From positions 1 through 64,000 of the forward strand of contig JAUCBJ010002449.1 in NCBI GenBank assembly GCA_032718475.1: a stretch of DNA of 64,000 nucleotides, read 5' to 3'. Positions 28,101 to 40,100 of the stretch are shown one piece after another; the stretch's first letter is position 1; each line of letters begins with the position of its first letter. The notes below the pieces were generated by a model. It was not told where the DNA came from, made no database searches, and saw only the letters and a list, made by a program, of their open reading frames with translations. The position numbers and the translations under genes were made by a program. Source of the stretch: Nemertoderma westbladi (Eukaryota > Animalia > Xenacoelomorpha).

Positions 28101-31100
28101 ATAAGTAAACCTGTAAGGGTAAATAAGTAAACCTGTAAGGGTAAATAAGTAAACCTGTAAGGGTAAATAAGTAAACCTGTAAGGGTAAATAAGTAAACCT
28201 GTAAGGGTAAATAAGTAAACCTGTAAGGGTAAATAAGTAAACCTGTAAGGGTAAATAAGTAAACCTGTAAGGGTAAATAAGTAAACCTGTAAGGGTAAAT
28301 AAGTAAACCTGTAAGGGTAAATAAGTAAACCTGTAAGGGTAAATAAGTAAACCTGTAAGGGTAAATAAGTAAACCTGTAAGGGTAAATAAGTAAACCTAT
28401 AAGGGTAAATAAGTAAACCTATAAGGGTAAATAAGTAAACCTGTAAGGGTAAATAAGTAAACCTGTAAGGGTAAATAAGTAAACCTGTAAGGGTAAATAA
28501 GTAAACCTATAAGGGTAAATAAGTAAACCTGTAAGGGTAAATAAGTAAACCTGTAAGGGTAAATAAGTAAACCTGTAAGGGTAAATAAGTAAACCTGTAA
28601 GGGTAAATAAGTAAACCTGTAAGGGTAAATAAGTAAACCTGTAAGGGTAAATAAGTAAACCTGTAAGGGTAAATAAGTAAACCTGTAAGGGTAAATAAGT
28701 AAACCTGTAAGGGTAAATAAGTAAACCTGTAAGGGTAAATAAGTAAACCTGTAAGGGTAAATAAGTAAACCTGTAAGGGTAAATAAGTAAACCTGTAAGG
28801 GTAAATAAGTAAACCTGTAAGGGTAAATAAGTAAACCTGTAAGGGTAAATAAGTAAACCTGTAAGGGTAAATAAGTAAACCTGTAAGGGTAAATAAGTAA
28901 ACCTATAAGGGTAAATAAGTAAACCTGTAAGGGTAAATAAGTAAACCTGTAAGGGTAAATAAGTAAACCTGTAAGGGTAAATAAGTAAACCTGTAAGGGT
29001 AAATAAGTAAACCTGTAAGGGTAAATAAGTAAACCTGTAAGGGTAAATAAGTAAACCTGTAAGGGTAAATAAGTAAACCTGTAAGGGTAAATAAGTAAAC
29101 CTGTAACGGTAAATAAGTAAACCTGTAAGGGTAAATAAGTAAACCTGTAAGGGTAAATAAGTAAACCTGTAAGGGTAAATAAGTAAACCTGTAAGGGTAA
29201 ATAAGTAAACCTGTAAGGGTAAATAAGTAAACCTGTAAGGGTAAATAAGTAAACCTGTAAGGGTAAATAAGTAAACCTGTAAGGGTAAATAAGTAAACCT
29301 GTAAGGGTAAATAAGTAAACCTATAAGGGTAAATAAGTAAACCTGTAAGGGTAAATAAGTAAACCTGTAAGGGTAAATAAGTAAACCTGTAAGGGTAAAT
29401 AAGTAAACCTGTAAGGGTAAATAAGTAAACCTGTAAGGGTAAATAAGTAAACCTGTAAGGGTAAATAAGTAAACCTATAAGGGTAAATAAGTAAACCTAT
29501 AAGGGTAAATAAGTAAACCTATAAGGGCAAATAAGTAAACCTGTAAGGGTAAATAAGTAAACCTGTAAGGGTAAATAAGTAAACCTGTAAGGGTAAATAA
29601 GTAAACCTGTAAGGGTAAATAAGTAAACCTATAAGGGTAAATAAGTAAACCTATAAGGGTAAATAAGTAAACCTATAAGGGCAAATAAGTAAACCTGTAA
29701 GGGTAAATAAGTAAACCTGTAAGGGTAAATAAGTAAACCTGTAAGGGTAAATAAGTAAACCTGTAAGGGTAAATAAGTAAACCTGTAAGGGTAAATAAGT
29801 AAACCTGTAAGGGTAAATAAGTAAACCTGTAAGGGTAAATAAGTAAACCTATAACGGTAAATAAGTAAACCTGTAAGGGTAAATAAGTAAACCTGTAAGG
29901 GTAAATAAGTAAACCTGTAAGGGTAAATAAGTAAACCTGTAAGGGTAAATAAGTAAACCTGTAAGGGTAAATAAGTAAACCTGTAAGGGTAAATAAGTAA
30001 ACCTGTAAGGGTAAATAAGTAAACCTGTAAGGGTAAATAAGTAAACCTGTAAGGGTAAATAAGTAAACCTGTAAGGGTAAATAAGTAAACCTGTAAGGGT
30101 AAATAAGTAAACCTGTAAGGGTAAATAAGTAAACCTGTAAGGGTAAATAAGTAAACCTGTAAGGGTAAATAAGTAAACCTGTAAGGGTAAATAAGTAAAC
30201 CTGTAAGGGTAAATAAGTAAACCTGTAAGGGTAAATAAGTAAACCTGTAAGGGTAAATAAGTAAACCTGTAAGGGTAAATAAGTAAACCTGTAAGGGTAA
30301 ATAAGTAAACCTGTAAGGGTAAATAAGTAAACCTGTAAGGGTAAATAAGTAAACCTGTAAGGGTAAATAAGTAAACCTATAAGGGTAAATAAGTAAACCT
30401 ATAAGGGTAAATAAGTAAACCTATAAGGGTAAATAAGTAAACCTATAAGGGTAAATAAGTAAACCTGTAACGGTAAATAAGTAAACCTGTAAGGGTAAAT
30501 AAGTAAACCTGTAAGGGTAAATAAGTAAACCTGTAAGGGTAAATAAGTAAACCTGTAAGGGTAAATAAGTAAACCTGTAAGGGTAAATAAGTAAACCTGT
30601 AAGGGTAAATAAGTAAACCTGTAAGGGTAAATAAGTAAACCTGTAAGGGTAAATAAGTAAACCTGTAAGGGTAAATAAGTAAACCTATAAGGGTAAATAA
30701 GTAAACCTATAAGGGTAAATAAGTAAACCTATAAGGGTAAATAAGTAAACCTATAAGGGTAAATAAGTAAACCTGTAAGGGTAAATAAGTAAACCTGTAA
30801 GGGTAAATAAGTAAACCTATAAGGGTAAATAAGTAAACCTATAAGGGTAAATAAGTAAACCTATAAGGGTAAATAAGTAAACCTATAAGGGTAAATAAGT
30901 AAACCTGTAAGGGTAAATAAGTAAACCTGTAAGGGTAAATAAGTAAACCTGTAAGGGTAAATAAGTAAACCTGTAAGGGTAAATAAGTAAACCTGTAAGG
31001 GTAAATAAGTAAACCTGTAAGGGTAAATAAGTAAACCTGTAAGGGTAAATAAGTAAACCTATAAGGGTAAATAAGTAAACCTATAAGGGTAAATAAGTAA

Positions 31101-34100
31101 ACCTGTAAGGGTAAATAAGTAAACCTATAACGGTAAATAAGTAAACCTGTAAGGGTAAATAAGTAAACCGACAAGGGTAAATAAGTAAACCTGTAAGGGT
31201 AAATAAGTAAACCTGTAAGGGTAAATAAGTAAACCTATAAGGGTAAATAAGTAAACCTATAAGGGTAAATAAGTAAACCTATAAGGGTAAATAAGTAAAC
31301 CTGTAAGGGTAAATAAGTAAACCTGTAAGGGTAAATAAGTAAACCGACAAGGGTAAATAAGTAAACCTATAAGGGTAAATAAGTAAACCTATAAGGGTAA
31401 ATAAGTAATCCTGTAAGGGTAAATAAGTAGCGTTACAGAAACTCCATCTGACCCGATTAGACGAAAACCTGGAGTCGGACGGGGATTGCTTGGTTTGATC
31501 ATCCGACGGCTTTGTGATACGCCAGTCGTTCCATTTCCCAGCGTTCTAGAACCACAGACAACCCGACGCAGGAGTCCGAGCCCAAGTAGACCGAAATCAC
31601 CGTGAGTCGTTTCAGGGGGCGAGGTCGAGCTCCATCAACGAACACACACGCGTCTAAGATTTCTGTTCTACTACTGATATTACCCCATTTGACTGCTTTT
31701 TCTGTCGGCAGTATTGTCTTACGCTAGTTTTATCAACCCACTGGCTCGTTATACCCATATAAATCACATCGCGGCAAGTCTACAGTAGTTTAGGTCCATT
31801 AGCGATATAGTTAGGATTCGCTACACGGGGATTGTTTTCTCGCGAGTTTGGTCTGTTTCTGTAGACTGTACATCTGCCTCACCGGTTAGAGGCCGGGCAT
31901 CCTGTTTGTCTAGTTAGCCCGGGCAATTGATTCGGCCAAGTTTAGGGGCAGACATCAGGCACCGATCTCGCCAGTAGTAGTTTGTGTACTTTTAGTATCT
32001 ATTATTTAGATCTGTCCAGCCCTGGGATTTCACGGTAGATATTGTACAACCTTCTGTTATGGACTACTGGATTCTACATTACTGTATCTGTATCTGTAGT
32101 TACTGTATCCGAGTTACTGTATCCGAGTTACTGTATCCGAGTTACTGTATCCGAGTTACTGTATCCGAGTTACTGTATCCGAGTTACTGTATCCGAGTTA
32201 CTGTATCCGAGTTACTGTATCCGAGTTACTGTATCCGAGTTACTGTATCCGAGTTACTGTATCCGAGTTACTGTATCCGAGTTACTGTATCCGAGTTACT
32301 GTATCCGAGTTACTGTATCCGAGTTACTGTATCCGAGTTACTGTATCCGAGTTACTGTATCCGAGTTACTGTATCCGAGTTACTGTATCCGAGTTACTGT
32401 ATCCGAGTTACTGTATCCGAGTTACTGTATCCGAGTTACTGTATCCGAGTTACTGTATCCGAGTTACTGTATCCGAGTTACTGTATCCGAGTTACTGTAT
32501 CCGAGTTACTGTATCCGAGTTACTGTATCCGAGTTACTGTATCCGAGTTACTGTATCCGAGTTACTGTATCCGAGTTACTGTATCCGAGTTACTGTATCC
32601 GAGTTACTGTATCCGAGTTACTGTATCCGAGTTACTGTATCCGAGTTACTGTATCCGAGTTACTGTATCCGAGTTACTGTATCCGAGTTACTGTATCCGA
32701 GTTACTGTATCCGAGTTACTGTATCCGAGTTACTGTATCCGAGTTACTGTATCCGAGTTACTGTATCCGAGTTACTGTATCCGAGTTACTGTATCCGAGT
32801 TACTGTATCCGAGTTACTGTATCCGAGTTACTGTATCCGAGTTACTGTATCCGAGTTAAGGTATCCGAGTTAAGGTATCCGAGTTAAGGTATCCGAGTTA
32901 CTGTATCCGAGTTACTGTATCCGAGTTACTGTATCCGAGTTACTGTATCCGAGTTACTGTATCCGAGTTACTGTATCCGAGTTACTGTATCCGAGTTAAG
33001 GTATCCGAGTTACTGTATCCGAGTTACTGTATCCGAGTTACTGTATCCGAGTTACTGTATCCGAGTTACTGTATCCGAGTTAAGGTATCCGAGTTACTGT
33101 ATCCGAGTTAAGGTATCCGAGTTAAGGTATCCGAGTTAAGGTATCCGAGTTACTGTATCCGAGTTAAGGTATCCGAGTTACTGTATCCGAGTTACTGTAT
33201 CCGAGTTACTGTATCCGAGTTACTGTATCCGAGTTACTGTATCCGAGTTACTGTATCCGAGTTAAGGTATCCGAGTTAAGGTATCCGAGTTACTGTATCC
33301 GAGTTACTGTATCCGAGTTACTGTATCCGAGTTACTGTATCCGAGTTACTGTATCCGAGTTACTGTATCCGAGTTACTGTATCCGAGTTACTGTATCCGA
33401 GTTACTGTATCCGAGTTACTGTATCCGAGTTACTGTATCCGAGTTACTGTATCCGAGTTACTGTATCCGAGTTACTGTATCCGAGTTACTGTATCCGAGT
33501 TACTGTATCCGAGTTACTGTATCCGAGTTACTGTATCCGAGTTACTGTATCCGAGTTACTGTATCCGAGTTACAGTATCCGAGTTACTGTATCCGAGTTA
33601 CTGTATCCGAGTTACTGTATCCGAGTTACTGTATCCGAGTTACTGTATCCGAGTTACTGTATCCGAGTTACTGTATCCGAGTTACTGTATCCGAGTTACT
33701 GTATCCGAGTTACTGTATCCGAGTTACTGTATCCGAGTTACTGTATCCGAGTTACTGTATCCGAGTTACTGTATCCGAGTTACTGTATCCGAGTTACTGT
33801 ATCCGAGTTACTGTATCCGAGTTACTGTATCCGAGTTACTGTATCCGAATTACTGTATCCGAGTTACTGTATCCGAGTTACTGTATCCGAGTTACTGTAT
33901 CCGAGTTACTGTATCCGAGTTACTGTATCCGAGTTACTGTATCCGAGTTACTGTATCCGAGTTACTGTATCCGAGTTACTGTATCCGAGTTACTGTATCC
34001 GAGTTACTGTATCCGAGTTACTGTATCCGAGTTACTGTATCCGAGTTACTGTATCCGAGTTACTGTATCCGAGTTACTGTATCCGAGTTACTGTATCCGA

Positions 34101-37100
34101 GTTACTGTATCCGAGTTACTGTATCCGAGTTACTGTATCCGAGTTACTGTATCCGAGTTACTGTATCCGAGTTACTGTATCCGAGTTACTGTATCCGAGT
34201 TACTGTATCCGAGTTACTGTATCCGAGTTACTGTATCCGAGTTACTGTATCCGAGTTACTGTATCCGAGTTACTGTATCCGAGTTACTGTATCCGAGTTA
34301 CTGTATCCGAGTTACTGTATCCGAGTTACTGTATCCGAGTTACTGTATCCGAGTTACTGTATCCGAGTTACTGTATCCGAGTTACTGTATCCGAGTTACT
34401 GTATCCGAGTTACTGTATCCGAGTTACTGTATCCGAGTTACTGTATCCGAGTTACTGTATCCGAGTTACTGTGTCCGGGATGATTCATTCCCGCGCGCTC
34501 TCAATACTTAAGATATTAATAAATGTGATGATCTAGAAATATTAAATAACCTTTAGTTTCCTCATATTTCATATACTCTAGCGTATTGTCGTCCTCCTGT
34601 CTGTGTATATCGGACAGCGTTGTTAACGTAGAAGTGTACCATTGTTCTGCTATGTCAGTATTGAGTAGCGATAGATGCAGGTCTCCCAGGGATTCCTGGA
34701 CACCGCATAGCAGCTTCAATGAGTCGAGATCCCGGTCTGTTTGCTGTACAAGTTAAACACATTGGGTTACATCTACATGTTAGTATAGACGTGGTATGTG
34801 ACGCTCTCCACAGCGAAAAATATTAACCGACTCTGATGGGGTTCGAACCCAGTACCTAGGGTTTCAAACATACCGTTTTATATTGTTTCAATACCATTTA
34901 CACAAGTTACTCCATCCCCAGCAATATATATATTCATTTATGAATAATGCAATGTGAAGGCAGGAAATATATAGCAATATTTTATTTGCATCTAATTAAT
35001 TAGATATTATTATATATACCTGGGTTATTTGATGGTAAGCCAATGAAAACATTTCCTCTGACTGACTGAGGTAGCCCAACTCAGCCAATAGCTGCCCCGC
35101 ATAGAAACTCAGTTTAATATTCTCAACTTGGGTTAAATCAGATAAACTTTTATTTCCATCACCTAAAACAAAACGGAAACTTTCAACAAATTAATTTTAT
35201 GAGGTAAATATTTGGAGTTCGTTCCTATGATACGATGTTGGTTACTGCTTGGTTGCTAAGATACCAATGCGCGGAGTAAGGGTACTGTAAAAAAAATAAA
35301 AACGAAAAATATATACGAAATTTTTTCAGTTCAGCATATTGATTGATTGATTGATTTGCTTATTAATAATTTTTGTTAAAATTATTAATTATGTGAAATA
35401 ATTTAACATTGAACGTGTTGCTGCGCGCGTGAATCCGTTACGTTGCGGGTATTACAAAACTGAGTAAAATCATAAATAATAAAATCATATATAATAAGTT
35501 GGACAAACCGTTTCGATTATCCACCAATGGCTGGTCGGCAGACAGACATACGGATTCTGATTGGATGGATAGACTTCTCTGCGAAGCAGCCGATTGGCTA
35601 GCATCTTCGTATTCTTTGATGACCTCTAGCGGGAAGCTGGCAGATCGGGGTCTAAGTTTACCTCCTAAACCAATAAACGGGGTCTAAGTTTACCACCTAA
35701 ACCAATAAACGGGGTCTAAGTTTACCACCTAAACCAATAAACGGGGTCTAAGTTTACCACCTAAACCAATAAACGGGGTCTAAGTTTACCACCTAAACCA
35801 ATAAACGGGGTCTAAGTTTACCTCCTAAACCAATAAACGGGGTCTAAGTTTACAACCTAAACCAATAAACGGGGTCTAAGTTTAAAACCTAAACCAATAA
35901 AGGGGGTCTAAGTTTACCACCTAAACCAATAAACGGGGTCTAAGTTTACCACCTAAACCAATAAACGGGGTCTAAGTTTAAAACCTAAACCAATAAACGG
36001 GGTCTAAGTTTACCTCCTAAACCAATAAACGGGGTCTAAGTTTACAACCTAAACCAATAAACGGGGTCTAAGTTTACCACCTAAACCAATAAACGGGGTC
36101 TAAGTTTACCACCTAAACCAATAAACGGGGTCTAAGTTTACCACCTAAACCAATAAACGGGGTCTAAGTTTAAAACCTAAACCAATAAACGGGGTCTAAG
36201 TTTACCTCCTAAACCAATAAACGGGGTCTAAGTTTACCACCTAAACCAATAAACGGGGTCTAAGTTTACCACCTAAACCAATAAACGGGGTCTAAGTTTA
36301 CCACCTAAACCAATAAACGGGGTCTAAGTTTACCTCCTAAACCAATAAACGGGGTCTAAGTTGACCACCTAAACCAATAAACGGGGTCTAAGTTTACCAC
36401 CTAAACCAATAAACGGGGTCTAAGTTTACCACCTAAACCAATAAACGGGGTCTAAGTTTACCACCTAAACCAATAAACGGGGTCTAAGTTTACCACCTAA
36501 ACCAATAAACGGGGTCTAAGGTTACCACCCAAACCAATAAACGGGGTCTAAGTTTACCACCTAAACCAATAAACGGGGTCTAAGTTTACCACCTAAACCA
36601 ATAAACGGGGTCTAAGTTTACCACCTAAACCAATACTCGGGGCTAAGTTTACAACCTAAACTAATAAACGGGGTCTAAGTTTACCACCTAAACCAATAAA
36701 CGGGGTCTAAGTTTACCCCCTAAACCAATAAACGGGGTCTAAGTTTACAACCTAAACCAATAAACGGGGTCTAAGTTTACCACCTAAACCAATAAACGGG
36801 GTCTAAGTTTACCTCCTAATCCAATAAACGGGGTCTAAGTTTACAACCTAAACCAATAAACGGGGTCTAAGTTTAAAACCTAAACCAATAAACGGGTTCT
36901 AAGTTTACCACCTAAACCAATAAACGGGGTCTAAGTTTACCTCCTAAACCAATAAACGGGGTCTAAGTTTACAACCTAAACCAATAAACGGGGTCTAAGT
37001 TTACCACCTAAACCAATAAACGGGGTCTAAGTTTACCACCTAAACCAATAAACGGGGTCTAAGTTTACCACCAAAACCAATAAACGGGGTCTAAGTTTAC

Positions 37101-40100
37101 CACCTAAACCAATAAACGGGTCTAAGTTTACCACCTAAACCAATAAACGGGGTCTAAGTTTACCACCTAAACCAATAAACGGGGTCTAAGTTTACCACCT
37201 AAACCAATAAACGGGGTCTAAGTTTACCACCTAAACCAATAAACGGGGTCTAAGTTTAACACCTAAACCAATAAACGGGGTCTAAGTTTACCACCTAAAC
37301 CAATAAACGGGGTCTAAGTTTACCTCCTAAACCAATAAACGGGGTCTAAGTTTACCACCCAAACCAATAAACGGGGTCTAAGTTTACCACCTAAACCAAT
37401 AAACGGGGTCTAAGTTTACCACCTAAACCAATAAACGGGGTCTAAGTTTACCACCTAAACCAATAAACGGGGTCTAAGTTTACCTCCTAAACCAATAAGC
37501 GGGGTCTAAGTTTTCAACCTAAACCAATAAACGGGGTCTAAGTTTACCACCTAAACCAATAAACGGGGTCTAAGTTTACCACCTAAACCAATAAACGGGG
37601 TCTAAGTTTACCACCTAAACCAATAAACGGGGTCTAAGTTTACCACCTAAACCAATAAACGGGGTCTAAGGTTACCACCCAAACCAATAAACGGGGTCTA
37701 AGTTTACCACCTAAACCAATAAACGGGGTCTAAGTTTACCACCTAAACCAATAAACGGGGTCTAAGTTTACCACCTAAACCAATACTCGGGGCTAAGTTT
37801 ACAACCTAAACTAATAAACGGGGTCTAAGTTTACCACCTAAACCAATAAACGGGGTCTAAGTTTACCTCCTAAACCAATAAACGGGGTCTAAGTTTACAA
37901 CCTAAACCAATAAACGGGGTCTAAGTTTACCACCTAAACCAATAAACGGGGTCTAAGTTTACCTCCTAATCCAATAAACGGGGTCTAAGTTTACAACATA
38001 AACCAATAAACGGGGTCTAAGTTTACAACATAAACCAATAAACGGGGTCTAAGTTTACAACATAAACCAATAAACGGGGTCTAAGTTTACCACCTAAACC
38101 AATAAACGGGGTCTAAGTTTACAACCTAAACCAATAAACGGGGTCTAAGTTTACCACCTAAACCAATAAACAGGGTCTAAGTTTACCTCCTAAACCAATA
38201 AACGGGGTCTACGTTTACCACCTAAACCAATAAACGGGGTCTAAGTTTACCTCCTAAACCAATAAGCGGGGTCTAAGTTTACAACCTAAACCAATAAACG
38301 GGGTCTAAGTTTACAACATAAACCAATAAACGGGGTCTAAGTTTACAACATAAACCAATAAACGGGGTCTAAGTTTACCACCTAAACCAATAAACGGGGT
38401 CTAAGTTTACAACCTAAACCAATAAACGGGGTCTAAGTTTACCACCTAAACCAATAAACAGGGTCTAAGTTTGCCTCCTAAACCAATAAACGGGGTCTAC
38501 GTTTACCACCTAAACCAATAAACGGGGTCTAAGTTTACAACCTAAACCAATAAACGGGGTCTAAGTTTACCACCTAAACCAATAAACAGGGTCTAAGTTT
38601 ACCTCCTAAACCAATAAACGGGGTCTACGTTTACCACCTAAACCAATAAACGGGGTCTAAGTTTACCTCCTAAACCAATAAGCGGGGTCTAAGTTTACAA
38701 CCTAAACCAATAAACGGGGTCTAAGTTTACAACATAAACCAATAAACGGGGTCTAAGTTTACAACATAAACCAATAAACGGGGTCTAAGTTTACCACCTA
38801 AACCAATAAACGGGGTCTAAGTTTACAACCTAAACCAATAAACGGGGTCTAAGTTTACCACCTAAACCAATAAACAGGGTCTAAGTTTACCTCCTAAACC
38901 AATAAACGGGGTCTAAGTTTACCTCCTAAACCAATAAGCGGGGTCTAAGTTTACAACCTAAACCAATAAACGGGGTCTAAGTTTACCACCTAAACCAATA
39001 AACAGGGTCTAAGTTTACCTCCTAAACCAATAAACAGGGTCTAAGTTTACCTCCTAAACCAATAAACGGGGTCTACGTTTACCACCTAAACCAATAAACG
39101 GGGTCTAAGTTTACCTCCTAAACCAATAAACGGGGTCTAAGTTTACCTCCTAAACCAATAAACGGGGTCTAAGTTTACCACCTAAACCAATAAACGGGGT
39201 CTAAGTTTACCACCTAAACCAATAAACGAGGTCTAAGTTTAAAACCTAAACCAATAAACGGGGTCCTAGTTTACCACCTAAACCAATAAACGGGGTCTAA
39301 GTTTACCACCTAAACCAATAAACGGGGTCTAAGTTTACCACCTAAACCAATAAACGGGTTCTAAGTTTACCACCTAAACCAATAAACGGGGTCTAAGTTT
39401 ACCACCTAAACCAATAAACGGGGTCTAAGTTTACCACCAAAACCAATAAACGGGGTCTAAGTTTACAACCTAAACCAATAAACGGGGTCTAAGTTTACCA
39501 CCTAAACCAATAAACAGGGTCTAAGTTTACCTCCTAAACCAATAAACAGGGTCTAAGTTTACCTCCTAAACCAATAAACGGGGTCTACGTTTACCACCTA
39601 AACCAATAAACGGGGTCTAAGTTTACCTCCTAAACCAATAAACGGGGTCTAAGTTTACCTCCTAAACCAATAAACGGGGTCTAAGTTTACCACCTAAACC
39701 AATAAACGGGGTCTAAGTTTACCACCTAAACCAATAAACGAGGTCTAAGTTTAAAACCTAAACCAATAAACGGGGTCCTAGTTTACCACCTAAACCAATA
39801 AACGGGGTCTAAGTTTACCACCTAAACCAATAAACGGGGTCTAAGTTTACCACCTAAACCAATAAACGGGTTCTAAGTTTACCACCTAAACCAATAAACG
39901 GGGTCTAAGTTTACCACCTAAACCAATAAACGGGGTCTAAGTTTACCACCAAAACCAATAAACGGGGTCTAAGTTTACCACCTAAACCAATAAACGGGGT
40001 CTAAGTTTACCACCTAAACCAATAAACGGGGTCTAAGTTTACCACCTAAACCAATAAACGGGGTCTAAGTTTACCACCTATACCAATAAACGGGGTCTAA

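Noticed and set aside
13125-31429. Telomeric repeat (TAAGGG resembles TTAGGG)
   Set aside because: The unit is 22 bp, interstitial, and explained as a copy of the exon-7 acceptor.
32042-32887. ORFs over the second 14-bp array (and the short ORFs over the 63-bp array at 49101-51476)
   Set aside because: Pure repeat translations.
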